From: a virus
Taxonomy: Duplodnaviria; Caudoviricetes
Direction: 5' to 3' (one strand)
Length of the DNA stretch: 35,432 bases
IMG/VR virus record: IMGVR_UViG_3300027672_000034
Location: 1-35,432 of that record
Shown: positions 27,148 to 35,432 of the stretch, one piece after another
Numbering within the stretch: the first letter of the stretch is position 1
Layout: every line of letters starts with the position of its first letter
The notes under the pieces: generated by a model
Told to the model about the DNA's origin: nothing
Database searches by the model: none
What the model saw: only the letters and a program-made list of their open reading frames with translations
Program-made: the position numbers and the translations under genes

Positions 27148-28686
27148 TTACGCGCTGATTGCAGCAATGGCCAAGGCAACGTCTAAGTCTACTGGAGATG
27201 ATCCAGAACTGACCACGAGCTGTAGTGTCTTGGACGTTACAGAGCCATCTATCTCAATGGATGTTCCTAAAGATGTGTCCAGCTTTGTGCCTGTAGCCGC
27301 ATGTGTCGTGCCAACAGGCGTACCATCTACAGAAATTTGCACGGAGCATGTTCCTGATGTCAGCTTAGTGACAATGCCGTCGATGCGGATTTTCTGAAGA
27401 AAGACAAATGACACGGTATATGTGGCGTTTGCTACAGAGCCAGCAATTGCATGGTGCATAGTGGTTAAAGCAAATAGGTCAGGGATTTCTGAGGTTGGAA
27501 TCTTACCCGCGCTATCCAGTGAAGCAACGCCACTAGCTGCGCCTTGAAAAGTTTTTGGAATAAGATGGCTATCGTCGTAGGTTCCCCATTCCGTGGCTGT
27601 TCCAGTGCCGTTTACTTTAAGCAAGTTGGTTGCATTCGAGACATCAAACGGGGGGACATCACCGCCCACATCAATAAGTATAAATCCAGCTCCATCAAAA
27701 ACTTTAAGGACGTTAGGTGAGACGGAGGTGTCTAACCAAAGGTCGCCAGAAGTCGCGCCAGTTGGTGTTGTAGCTGATACAAACATGCGGCCACGGTTGT
27801 TAAGAAGGGCTGTTAGGCCGTTGATTTTGGCTTGAGGGATGTCCGCGTCTGCAAGGGCAAGTTTCGCAAATGGGATTAAACCATTAGCATCTGTGTAGGC
27901 ACTCTCTAACATCAGACCTATGACGTTTTGAAGTGATAGGTTCTCCACAACGATGATTGTGATCTTGTCATTGAGAGAGCAAGCCGAAACAAAGGTGATC
28001 GTGTCGCTGGTGTCTGAGGTGGTATAGTCATTTGCGCCACCCTCCTGCTGCATAATGCCGTTCTTCCAGACCAACAAGGTTTCGTCTGAATCATGAACGA
28101 ATGCGAACACCGCTTGAGCCGCTGTTGATACTAAGTCAGAGCGACGATAGTTTGTCACTGAACCCGCACGCACTGTGATGAAGGTAACTTTCTCACCACC
28201 AGACATAGCGCCGACAAATGTAACCGTGCTGGCTACTTGGCTAATCGTGTAGTCAGCGGTCAGTGTTTGGAGTAATCCATCTTCTAAGACAAGAACGTCT
28301 TCGCCACTTTCAAATGCGTATGTGAATACGGTTTGAGCTGCGGTGGCTGTCTGGTCGCTCCGGTTGTGAAAGACTTCGCCCTCAATAGTGCCAACAGATG
28401 AGCCTGATGCCCCACGCAACTGCGCGAAGGTTGCCAAAGTTTTGAACCCGTCTGTAACGCCGACGAATTCGCCAACGCGAAACTGAAGGCCATCTACAGT
28501 ATCAAATTTAAATTCAACGGGGCCATCGAATATGCCGTCAGCGTCAAAGAGCTTGGCTAGAAGCTCACTGATCGTGAAGTCTCCCAGCTCTGCTGAATTC
28601 AGGTAACGGACAATACCCTCGATCTCATCAGAGATGTTCCCTGAAGATTTGTAATTGCCGGGGTGTAACTGACGGAGACGGGCCAT
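27148..28686 (-). CDS. tail fibre/appendage protein
   Basis: Two tandem 'TAAQ.VF...V..dG..Q...DYT...T.TF' modules, 'SATTPTGATSGDLWLDT' and 'GVASLDSAGKIPTSEIP' tail-fibre motifs; T/S/G/V-rich. Confidence 0.8.
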   Translation of the reverse strand: MARLRQLHPGNYKSSGNISDEIEGIVRYLNSAELGDFTISELLAKLFDADGIFDGPVEFKFDTVDGLQFRVGEFVGVTDGFKTLATFAQLRGASGSSVGTIEGEVFHNRSDQTATAAQTVFTYAFESGEDVLVLEDGLLQTLTADYTISQVASTVTFVGAMSGGEKVTFITVRAGSVTNYRRSDLVSTAAQAVFAFVHDSDETLLVWKNGIMQQEGGANDYTTSDTSDTITFVSACSLNDKITIIVVENLSLQNVIGLMLESAYTDANGLIPFAKLALADADIPQAKINGLTALLNNRGRMFVSATTPTGATSGDLWLDTSVSPNVLKVFDGAGFILIDVGGDVPPFDVSNATNLLKVNGTGTATEWGTYDDSHLIPKTFQGAASGVASLDSAGKIPTSEIPDLFALTTMHHAIAGSVANATYTVSFVFLQKIRIDGIVTKLTSGTCSVQISVDGTPVGTTHAATGTKLDTSLGTSIEIDGSVTSKTLQLVVSSGSSPVDLDVALAIAAISA

Positions 28687-28688
28687 GA

Positions 28689-30215
28689 TTAGGATTCCTT
28701 TTTCAAGTCTATTGCTATGGCCATGATTTCTAGTGGGCCGGTGCTGGAGGATTGAATGCGTATTTGAAGGCCGCGATACCGTGCAAAGAACGGCATCTCG
28801 TATTGTCTGAATAAGATGTTGTCTGAGAAGTTGTTGTCGTCTGAACCTGAGTCGTCGATCTCGACAGTAAACTCTTCGAGTAGTTGTGACCCGTCATCAT
28901 AGAGAGAGACTTCGAGCGTGCCTGATCCTGATGCTTGAATAACAACAGCTCGGCTTTCTTTCGTTTCTGTGGTGGAGCCATGCCAGATTATTGGCAACCA
29001 CAAGTCCATGTCACCAGACGCATCCTTAACTGAAGTATCTTGCAAGCCTTTGTACGTGATAGCTCGGAGAAGAACATTATGAGCCCCGCCGTTTGAGCCG
29101 TACACCAACTGGCCAGCGAGGAACTCTCCGCACTGAGCCTTGAGGTGTGTGCCTTCTGACCATGTAAACAATTCTTCCTTGCCACGCATAGTGATAGTAA
29201 GACGCCGAGCTGATGCTCCGCCATACTGTGGAAAGAAGATGTGGTACTGGTCTTCGTCTGGATCAAAGACAGCATTAATCTCATCGTGGTTCTCTACTGA
29301 TTTAACGAGCTCACGATATAAATCTTCGACCTTTGAACTAAGAACGTTGGCGGTCATGTATATGCCGTTAGCGTCTGAGCGTGTGACAGAGTGAATGCCA
29401 TAGCGAGAGCAGAATAAGAGGCTATTGTTTGCTGCCGTGATAGTGCGATGAGATACGCAGCCAACGTGGATGTTGGCGTTCTCATCAATAGTGATGTTGT
29501 TTAAATTCTCGTCGATCTTGTAGACCAAGCACCGATCATGGGTAAAGACAGCCAAGCGGTTTGTCTCAAACATTCCAATGCCATTGATCTCTTCCGCTGC
29601 ACCAATAAGATTGCGGACATCGATAGTGACGGCTTTGGTCACAGATGTAGAGTTCAGTTCTTCTTCTTTCTCGAACACGTTGCCGTTGCGCACGCGGCTA
29701 ATATGGACTTCGGTTGGTGCTTTGGGTATGCCAGAAACGACAAGACGGTTTTGAAGAGCTGTGCCAAAGGCGGGCTGAATAGATGCTCCGCCGTCAGCCC
29801 ATTCAGTTCCATCGTATGTCTTCATGTCTTGACCGGCAGAGAAGACATATACCTTGCCAAGGAAGAGGGTCATAGACGCTATAGAATTGTTGGTGAACGC
29901 ACTGCTATAAATGTGTCCGCGATCAGATTTGAGGGTGACGCCTCCGCCATCCTTCTGAGACCAGCACAAGCCTTCGCGGCTATAGAACTTCATGGTCTGA
30001 ACCTTGTCGTTGTCGTCAGACCCCTTGCGTCTGTGGGTGTCTGGCTCCTTAACTATGCGACCACGCCAATCACAAAAGGCATTCTCTAATGCATATAGAT
30101 GTTGTTCCTTGCCCGTGTCCATTGCGGCCCGATCACGCGAACGATCAATACCGCGAAAGGTGCGGTATACGTCAGCTTTTGATGGGGTCATATCAACGGA
30201 GTGATTACGGGCCAT
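28689..30215 (-). CDS. tail nozzle / stabilisation protein (P22 gp10 / T7 gp12-like beta-propeller)
   Basis: 'NRLVVSG', 'NRLAVFT', 'VGCVSHRTI', 'LLFCSRYGIHS'; position after the adaptor gene. Confidence 0.75.
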   Translation of the reverse strand: MARNHSVDMTPSKADVYRTFRGIDRSRDRAAMDTGKEQHLYALENAFCDWRGRIVKEPDTHRRKGSDDNDKVQTMKFYSREGLCWSQKDGGGVTLKSDRGHIYSSAFTNNSIASMTLFLGKVYVFSAGQDMKTYDGTEWADGGASIQPAFGTALQNRLVVSGIPKAPTEVHISRVRNGNVFEKEEELNSTSVTKAVTIDVRNLIGAAEEINGIGMFETNRLAVFTHDRCLVYKIDENLNNITIDENANIHVGCVSHRTITAANNSLLFCSRYGIHSVTRSDANGIYMTANVLSSKVEDLYRELVKSVENHDEINAVFDPDEDQYHIFFPQYGGASARRLTITMRGKEELFTWSEGTHLKAQCGEFLAGQLVYGSNGGAHNVLLRAITYKGLQDTSVKDASGDMDLWLPIIWHGSTTETKESRAVVIQASGSGTLEVSLYDDGSQLLEEFTVEIDDSGSDDNNFSDNILFRQYEMPFFARYRGLQIRIQSSSTGPLEIMAIAIDLKKES

Positions 30216-30673
30216 TAGATAGTCTCCGTCACAATACCCTCAGACGTAACGCCTGTTGGCAGTGGGACTAAGTCCATAGTAATAATTTCAAGGGGTAGGT
30301 TACCGAACTTACGTTCGTATAAAATTTGGTTGAGGTTACGGTAGTAGAGTTTAGTGAACATCTCTGCCTTCTTGGAGCCTTGCTGAAGAGCGTAGTGCGC
30401 GACTACGCCGTCCAGCAATATCATGTCTGGAATTCCGCGACGCTCTTCGAGGGATACATAGTAGTCGATATCTCCGCCATCCCAGTAGGGGTGGATACGG
30501 ATGTCTTCGACGATACGGTTGCCAAGCTCGACAAACATGTTAAAGACTTCGCCAGACACGGAGCCTGAACTGAAGTCTCCCATGCGGCGGAGGGCCATCT
30601 CACCAATCATTTGCAAAGAACTGCTGGCTTGTTTGCCAGCTTTTTGCGGGGCGAGTGTACTTTTTTCCGCCAT
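30215..30673 (-). CDS. putative head-tail adaptor protein
   Basis: 152 aa helical protein ('EMALRRMGD', 'IPDMILLDGVVAHY') coupled (TAATG) to the nozzle gene; call based largely on synteny. Confidence 0.6.
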   Translation of the reverse strand: MAEKSTLAPQKAGKQASSSLQMIGEMALRRMGDFSSGSVSGEVFNMFVELGNRIVEDIRIHPYWDGGDIDYYVSLEERRGIPDMILLDGVVAHYALQQGSKKAEMFTKLYYRNLNQILYERKFGNLPLEIITMDLVPLPTGVTSEGIVTETI

Positions 30674-30683
30674 TGTCTATTCC

Positions 30684-31232
30684 TTATTTGACCTCGATGA
30701 TGCGTTGGATTTTAGCGAAGTGATGGTGCCTAACATCTTCAGCTAATTCTGCTGGTACGTTCCATTGGACAACGCCACTACTTGTCACAACGCCACGAAT
30801 TCTTTTCTGGCCAATACGTATTTCAAACGCGGAAACTTCAGGGACGACAGATCGGAACACGACCACATCACCCTTCTTTTTCTTTGGTTGGACATACGCT
30901 TCGTTTACGTTTGGTGTGGACAGATCGTCAGCTTTGAAATGGCCATCGGGATCGTGTGCTCGTTTTGGCTCGATGGCTTTGTTTAGCTTTTGGGCTGCCT
31001 CTTGGGCGGCTGCAACGAGAGGGTTAGAAGGTTCGGTCGAGGCGTCCACATCAGCCGCCAGACCCGTTTCCGTCTCGACCTCATCCCCCTCACTAGGAGA
31101 CAGTAAATCCATATAAGCGTTAATATCTTTTACAGTGACGAACCCACTTTTACCGGTGCCAACGACGTTAGAGAGGTCGATACCTTTTATCTTAGCGAGA
31201 GCGTGTGCGGCTGGGGCGGCTTTAACGGACAT
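30684..31232 (-). CDS. protein with an N-terminal E3-binding (peripheral subunit-binding) domain
   Basis: 'KAAPAAHALAKIKGIDLSNVVGTGKSGFVTVKDI' matches the E2 PSBD consensus (ASP.ARKLA...GIDL..V.GTG..GRI...DV); also 'RAHDPDGHFKADDLSTPNVNEAY'; AGGAG RBS. Confidence 0.8.
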   Translation of the reverse strand: MSVKAAPAAHALAKIKGIDLSNVVGTGKSGFVTVKDINAYMDLLSPSEGDEVETETGLAADVDASTEPSNPLVAAAQEAAQKLNKAIEPKRAHDPDGHFKADDLSTPNVNEAYVQPKKKKGDVVVFRSVVPEVSAFEIRIGQKRIRGVVTSSGVVQWNVPAELAEDVRHHHFAKIQRIIEVK

Positions 31233-31261
31233 GGATCATAACTCCTGATGTGTGTGATTAA

Positions 31262-31299
31262 ATAAAAAGATCCCCCACCGCTCTGGGAAGCGGCAGGGG
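31262..31299 (-). terminator. intrinsic terminator after the major capsid gene
   Basis: Minus-strand CCCCTGCCGCT-TCCCAG-AGCGGTGGGGG then ATCTTTTTATT. Confidence 0.75.
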
Positions 31300-31308
31300 T
31301 ATAGGGGG

Positions 31309-32490
31309 TTAGCCTAATGTCTTCCAGTTCTTGATGTATGTATGGACTTTGTCTTGCAACAACTCCAACCCACAGTCAGTCTGGTACATGTGCTTAACCG
31401 CATCTTCATCGTTCCCTTGGATGTTCTCCAGAAGGGTCGTGTCACCGTTATCCAAGTAGCGGTACTTTAGGTACTGCGAATCAAGGATGACCATGGCATC
31501 TTCCATGTGTGACAATTGACGGAACTGTGGGTGTAAGTACACCAACAACTCACCAGCAAATGTCTGGTAACGAGTGAAGTTAATGCCATATGAATCGCTG
31601 ACATTCTCTGGAGCCCAACGGCCTTTACCAAGAGCTTGCATGTGACCGGCAATTTTAGCGCCGACATATGCGATCTTGACGTTAGAGCCATAGTTAAAGA
31701 CGTTCTCGATCAACTCTCGATCAAACTCATCTTCAGTTAGCTGGTTGGCAGTAGTGAAACCAGATGCGCAATCAGTGACATTCGTTAGAGAGTTTAGAAT
31801 GCCGCCAGTTGTGCGAAGTTTCTGACCGCCTGCGCCTGTGCTTTCGCTACGCTTGGAGAAGAAGAACGCACGTTCCATATCTTCCATGTGGAGCTTTAGG
31901 GCTTTGGTCGTATATTCGTCTTCTTTGTCGCCGGTACGAACATAGGTGTTAGCCAAAGTACGTGTGATCTTGAACGGCTTCTTGAAGATTTGAGTAAAGT
32001 TGAAGTCAACTGTTGGATCGAACGTGATGGATGACGGCGATGTGTCACCCTCTTCTGCTGCATGTCCAGCTACGAACAAGTCGTCGGCTGCCGTGATAGT
32101 CAGAGTTGTTCCACCGATGTTACGAGTAACAGTTAATGCTCCAGTTGAGACGTTGCCGTCAGCAGTCGCACGTAGCAACTCACCTGTAGCAGCGTTTACT
32201 AAAAGAGTTCCTTCAGAAACCCAACCAGCATCAGCAACAGTTGCTAATGTTATGGTTGTTGCAGAGGCATTGTAGCCTGTGCCATCCGTCGTTAAGACAC
32301 GAGTCGGAAGTTCGTCACGGAAGTTGGAATACTTTGGATCGTTTGTGGCTTCAGATTGCATGACAGCTAAAAGGGCTTGCAAAGGTGCATCGCCATTTGG
32401 CTCTAAGAATGTATAAAGCTCACGATAGTTAGTTGGGCGGAAATCTGTTGTAAAATCTCCAGAGCCACGAAGGCCGGGAATACTTGCCAT
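31309..32490 (-). CDS. major capsid protein (SU10/DUF5309-like), 393 aa
   Basis: GGAGA RBS before MASIPGLRG (32490); 'NFTQIFKK', 'HMEDMERAFFF', 'RTTGGIL', 'YGINFTRYQTFAG', 'DCGLEL'; follows the scaffold and precedes a terminator. Confidence 0.88.
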   Translation of the reverse strand: MASIPGLRGSGDFTTDFRPTNYRELYTFLEPNGDAPLQALLAVMQSEATNDPKYSNFRDELPTRVLTTDGTGYNASATTITLATVADAGWVSEGTLLVNAATGELLRATADGNVSTGALTVTRNIGGTTLTITAADDLFVAGHAAEEGDTSPSSITFDPTVDFNFTQIFKKPFKITRTLANTYVRTGDKEDEYTTKALKLHMEDMERAFFFSKRSESTGAGGQKLRTTGGILNSLTNVTDCASGFTTANQLTEDEFDRELIENVFNYGSNVKIAYVGAKIAGHMQALGKGRWAPENVSDSYGINFTRYQTFAGELLVYLHPQFRQLSHMEDAMVILDSQYLKYRYLDNGDTTLLENIQGNDEDAVKHMYQTDCGLELLQDKVHTYIKNWKTLG

Positions 32491-32651
32491 TGGAATATCT
32501 CCTATAATGACGTTAAAAACAAAAGGTTCAGGGCCGTTGTGTGGAAATTCCATCACACTTGGCGTAAACCCCCGTTGTCTTTGCGGCCATAGCGGCGGAG
32601 ACTTGCGGGGCGAACGGAGGAGCCGTAGCGCCCCCTTGTTCAGTTAATTAT

Positions 32652-32680
32652 ATTATCATCTAGGCCGCGTGAGTGATCAA
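32652..32680 (-). promoter_or_regulatory. sigma70-like promoter upstream of the capsid leader
   Basis: TTGATC-N17-GATAAT on the minus strand, with a TATAAT 5 nt further downstream. Confidence 0.4.
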
Positions 32681-33636
32681 CCCTTGGCAGTCTCAAAGAT
32701 ACGGTTGATGCGTGCGGATGCTGGATCGGCTGACGGAGGAGCGCCTGCACTTCCTTCGGATGGAGTTGAACCCATCGACCCGGTGAAGGCTTGGCGTGAA
32801 GACATCTGTTGTTCTAAACGGTCTGTCTTGGCCGCCTTACGTTGGTTTACCAATGTGCTGGCGATCAGGTCTACGTTGTCTGAATTGACAAACTCTTCAG
32901 GGTGATACCCAAGCTCTTGAGCCTTTAGGAAGAAGGCTTCCAAGTCATCATCAGACAAGCCATGAGCTGCTTGAGCAGCCTCAAGGTTCTGTGCGATCTG
33001 ACGCTTGGATTGATCTACTTCTGTCTGGCGCTGTTCGCCTGCTTTGCCTGCAAGACTTGCGCCCTGTTGGCCAACGGCAGACATCATGTCTTGGGTGACG
33101 CGAGCTTGCACCTGCATGGCATCCATAAGTTTATTCATCTTGTCATCGTACGCCGCAAACCTTGCTTTGAACGGTGCTGCGCCATTGATGTCGTTGTCTA
33201 ATGCCCACGTATCTATGTCATCATCGATGCTAACTGCGGATGATGGCATAGCTGCTTCTTGCTCTCTTTCTGAACTGGGGTTAGCTGCCTGTGCTGCTTG
33301 TGCTTTGCCGCCATTCATCTTGGCTTCAATAGCTTCCATCAGAAACTGAGCTACCTTATCTCCACCGCCTTCGCCTGCTTGAGCCATCATCTTTTCAACG
33401 ATCTGCATTGGGGCTTTGACTAGTGTGTGACGACGGTTGAGGTCTTTGTAACGATTCATCATTCCTTCATTGGGATCAACTGCGCCTTGAGGTTCTGGTG
33501 TCTGGCCATCTGTGATGGGAGCTGTAGCGGCCACAGCCTGATCGACGGGATTGTCTGGAACTGGAGCTGGATCGGCTGGTGCTTTTCCTGCTGCTTGCAT
33601 TTGACGATTGATAAGGGCATTCGGATCGATAGACAT
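32677..33636 (-). CDS. putative capsid scaffolding protein
   Basis: Acidic Ala/Gln-rich helical protein with P/A-rich N-terminus and G/S/P-rich C-terminus, immediately upstream of the MCP; AGGAG RBS. Confidence 0.75.
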   Translation of the reverse strand: MSIDPNALINRQMQAAGKAPADPAPVPDNPVDQAVAATAPITDGQTPEPQGAVDPNEGMMNRYKDLNRRHTLVKAPMQIVEKMMAQAGEGGGDKVAQFLMEAIEAKMNGGKAQAAQAANPSSEREQEAAMPSSAVSIDDDIDTWALDNDINGAAPFKARFAAYDDKMNKLMDAMQVQARVTQDMMSAVGQQGASLAGKAGEQRQTEVDQSKRQIAQNLEAAQAAHGLSDDDLEAFFLKAQELGYHPEEFVNSDNVDLIASTLVNQRKAAKTDRLEQQMSSRQAFTGSMGSTPSEGSAGAPPSADPASARINRIFETAKG

Positions 33637-33648
33637 TGGGGTCGTCTC

Positions 33649-33966
33649 CTAGTGTGTTTGTGGGTCTTGTTGAGATAGGTCAGACATCATTGTGTCTGCC
33701 TCAAGACGTTTGATTCGAGAAGTGAGGACGGTGGGTACTTGCTTAATGCAGTAAAGCATCCCCCGCTGGAAATCGATTGTGGATTTAAGGCCATTAATCG
33801 TTGGGTCTGAGAGTTGGTCTGCGGCTTCGATGTAGTTCTCATGGAGAATGCCAAGGAAGAGTTCCCAACCCGGAGACTCATATAGGTCTGTCAAGATAGC
33901 CAAGTCGCGCTTCGGTGTTGGCGAGAGCGGGTCTAAGGTATCAAGTGGCGGTTGAGTACGAGTCAT
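33649..33966 (-). CDS. hypothetical head-module protein (105 aa)
   Basis: 'ESPGWELF', 'FQRGML' pattern and position typical of the small gene upstream of podophage scaffolds. Confidence 0.65.
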   Translation of the reverse strand: MTRTQPPLDTLDPLSPTPKRDLAILTDLYESPGWELFLGILHENYIEAADQLSDPTINGLKSTIDFQRGMLYCIKQVPTVLTSRIKRLEADTMMSDLSQQDPQTH

Positions 33967-33985
33967 AGGTTGTGCCTGTTATTAG

Positions 33986-34405
33986 TTATTTTGGGAGTAT
34001 AGCTAGAGTTTCAGGGCCATTACGTTTTTCGTGGTAGTCAATGGTCTTATTTGCTTGTTTCATCCAGAACGCGACCTCCTTGTAGAACACCCTAATGTTG
34101 ACCCAATCTTGGGACGGGGTGCAAATAAGATTGGATTGTGGGTGGTTCTTATTTAGCCAGTAGATCGGGCTCCCCAGCTCTACCTTTGGCGGGATTACGG
34201 GGCTTGGTCTTGGTGGATTTAGGTATGATAATTTTGCAGTTTGCTGGGGTGCCACCACTAGATCGGCAAATGTTCCGCATCCCGCGAGCATAGAGGATGC
34301 CAGCAACACGACTAGCTTGGTCGGGCTTTTTATTAAGAGCCTTGGCCAGTGCGTCTGAGGTTGCTTGGATGCGCTTTGATGCCTTGCTAAGTTCTGCTGT
34401 GTCAC
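33986..34405 (-). CDS. o-spanin (Rz1-like lipoprotein)
   Basis: Lipobox 'LVVLLASSMLAGC' then a Pro-rich 'LNPPRPSPVIPPKV'; overlaps the i-spanin in another frame; AAGGA RBS before GTG 34405. Confidence 0.75.
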   Translation of the reverse strand: MTQQNLARHQSASKQPQTHWPRLLIKSPTKLVVLLASSMLAGCGTFADLVVAPQQTAKLSYLNPPRPSPVIPPKVELGSPIYWLNKNHPQSNLICTPSQDWVNIRVFYKEVAFWMKQANKTIDYHEKRNGPETLAILPK

Positions 34406-34625
34406 GGCGACTATCCTTTAGTTGGGTGTCCATCTCGTGGACTTGTTGCTGATGATCGAGGCGAAGTTTGGTAGTCTGGGCTATAGCTTTCTTGGTTTCA
34501 TCTTGCTGTGATTGGTACTGCACTTCGAGCTTGGCGTTTGTTTCCCATGAGGATTTAAGCAGAGCACTTGTCCCGGCAAGAGAGGCCAAGAGAATGGCAA
34601 TGACTATGATGAGGTACTTAGCCAT
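34149..34625 (-). CDS. i-spanin (Rz-like)
   Basis: N-terminal TM 'YLIIVIAILLASLAG' followed by a coiled coil and two C-terminal Cys; follows the holin. Confidence 0.75.
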   Translation of the reverse strand: MAKYLIIVIAILLASLAGTSALLKSSWETNAKLEVQYQSQQDETKKAIAQTTKLRLDHQQQVHEMDTQLKDSRRDTAELSKASKRIQATSDALAKALNKKPDQASRVAGILYARGMRNICRSSGGTPANCKIIIPKSTKTKPRNPAKGRAGEPDLLAK

Positions 34626-34640
34626 TAGTAATCACCCATG

Positions 34641-34862
34641 TTATCGTTTTGCTTTTAATACAGCGTCCAGACCGAAGGGAGCCAACCCGATTGCAGCCAA
34701 GCCTAGTACACCTATATTCCAAGCACCCACATAGGCCGAGGCCATTGCGGCGTCAGGCAAAAACCACCAGAATTTTATGGTCAGACACAGGGCAACGAAC
34801 AGCACCGCACCGCCGATTTCTCTTTTGTAAGATTTGCTCATTGTCCTTGCTTCATCGTCCAT
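34641..34862 (-). CDS. holin (2 TM)
   Basis: 73 aa with two hydrophobic helices and a basic C-terminus, between endolysin and spanins; possible dual start (M1/M8). Confidence 0.7.
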   Translation of the reverse strand: MDDEARTMSKSYKREIGGAVLFVALCLTIKFWWFLPDAAMASAYVGAWNIGVLGLAAIGLAPFGLDAVLKAKR

Positions 34863-34863
34863 T

Positions 34864-34932
34864 TTATTTGCCTTTCTTTTTTACTGGCTTTACTGGCTTT
34901 ACTGGCTTTACTGGCTTTTTCTTACCATACAT
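34864..34932 (-). CDS. 22-aa lysine-rich peptide MYGKKKPVKPVKPVKPVKKKGK (not in ORF track)
   Basis: The ATG overlaps the endolysin stop (TAATG) and the stop lies 1 nt before the holin ATG; 9-bp repeat AAGCCAGTA x4. Confidence 0.7.
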   Translation of the reverse strand: MYGKKKPVKPVKPVKPVKKKGK

Positions 34933-35339
34933 TATTCAATCCTTTCAAAATGTGGCCCATCGTAGAACGACGAAAAATCACCGCCCCATTTCCACTTAAA
35001 GCCTTGGCTCCATGCCGTATCCATAACCAACTTGGCGTAGACTTTGTGAAGTTCTTTGTTATCCCAGACATACTTGCCTTCTGCCATTGGCAGGGTGTCG
35101 CAGGCATTAGAAGGGTATGTGTTGTGTGGGCTTTCTCCAAACTTAGCTTTGCTGTTGCCAAGTCGGTATGCTTCTTCTTGTTCGTCTTCTCCGCGCTCAC
35201 CGCATATAATGCCACAATCCACTATAGTTATGTCCATGTACGTGTACGGTAACTGTGCGATAACCAGGGGCATGACAACTTTAAATTCTTCATGGCAAGT
35301 GTCGAGCCGACGCTGCGATGTTCTTCCGTATCCAGCCAT
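34932..35339 (-). CDS. endolysin, peptidase M15 family (L-Ala-D-Glu peptidase-like)
   Basis: 'CGERGEDEQ', 'GNSK', 'SPHN..PSNACD', 'WGGDF', 'DGPHFE' zinc-peptidase motifs; AAGGAG RBS. Confidence 0.92.
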   Translation of the reverse strand: MAGYGRTSQRRLDTCHEEFKVVMPLVIAQLPYTYMDITIVDCGIICGERGEDEQEEAYRLGNSKAKFGESPHNTYPSNACDTLPMAEGKYVWDNKELHKVYAKLVMDTAWSQGFKWKWGGDFSSFYDGPHFERIE

Positions 35340-35366
35340 TTTTACTCTCCTTCAAAACCGCGTGTC

Positions 35367-35432
35367 TTAGCCAACAGGCGGGTGCTTTCCATTATGCATA
35401 TTTTCAATCTTAAGAATTCGCCGCTGGTTGCT
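35367..35432 (-). CDS. 3' end of an upstream gene (…ILKIENMHNGKHPPVG*), truncated by window edge
   Basis: Open frame to the window end; a 'HNGKHP' C-terminal motif recalled from phage lysis-region proteins. Confidence 0.5.
   Translation of the reverse strand, partial: SNQRRILKIENMHNGKHPPVG

Noticed and set aside
32491-32556. Longer N-termini given in the ORF track for the MCP (also 6789, 8399, 9013, 11026, 2774)
   Set aside because: Downstream ATGs have clear RBSs or stop/start coupling, and the extensions overlap regulatory regions or other genes.
12751-35370. Many plus-strand ORFs in the track (e.g. 21490-22323, 20379-20945, 29538-30089)
   Set aside because: They are antisense shadows of the tightly coupled minus-strand structural genes, with no recognisable motifs.

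Overview
This window is the central part of a temperate, podovirus-like dsDNA phage genome, most likely infecting an alphaproteobacterium (inferred from the tRNA-fMet attP core). It appears to be in its non-integrated form, because an intact attP has phage genes on both sides. Left to right: (1) a strongly G/T-skewed accessory arm (1-3327, +) with a 5'-truncated CobT-like vWA gene, an XRE HTH gene and small ORFs including a tandem paralog pair; (2) a leftward block (3341-6685) with a small basic protein, a Holliday-junction resolvase, an AT-rich intergenic candidate origin, a Prim-Pol/AAA helicase fusion and a Cro-like HTH; (3) a rightward recombination/lysogeny block (6882-12114) with a Sak4-like ATPase, SSB, Cas4/YqaJ-like nuclease, DUF5664 dNTP diphosphohydrolase, excisionase and tyrosine integrase, then attP; (4) a leftward late operon (35432-12480) with a lysis cassette, scaffold, major capsid protein, an E3-binding-domain protein, adaptor, nozzle, tail fibre and four putative ejected/internal virion proteins, the last 3384 aa long. 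No terminase, portal, DNA polymerase or RNA polymerase is recognisable in the window. The most notable observations are the giant protein with an embedded HExxH metallopeptidase and a degenerate ADP-ribosyltransferase-like domain, a post-capsid protein carrying a 2-oxoacid-dehydrogenase E3-binding domain, an unannotated (KPV)4 peptide in the lysis cassette, and a candidate paired-hairpin origin. All family calls come from motif recognition by eye; no database searches were run.
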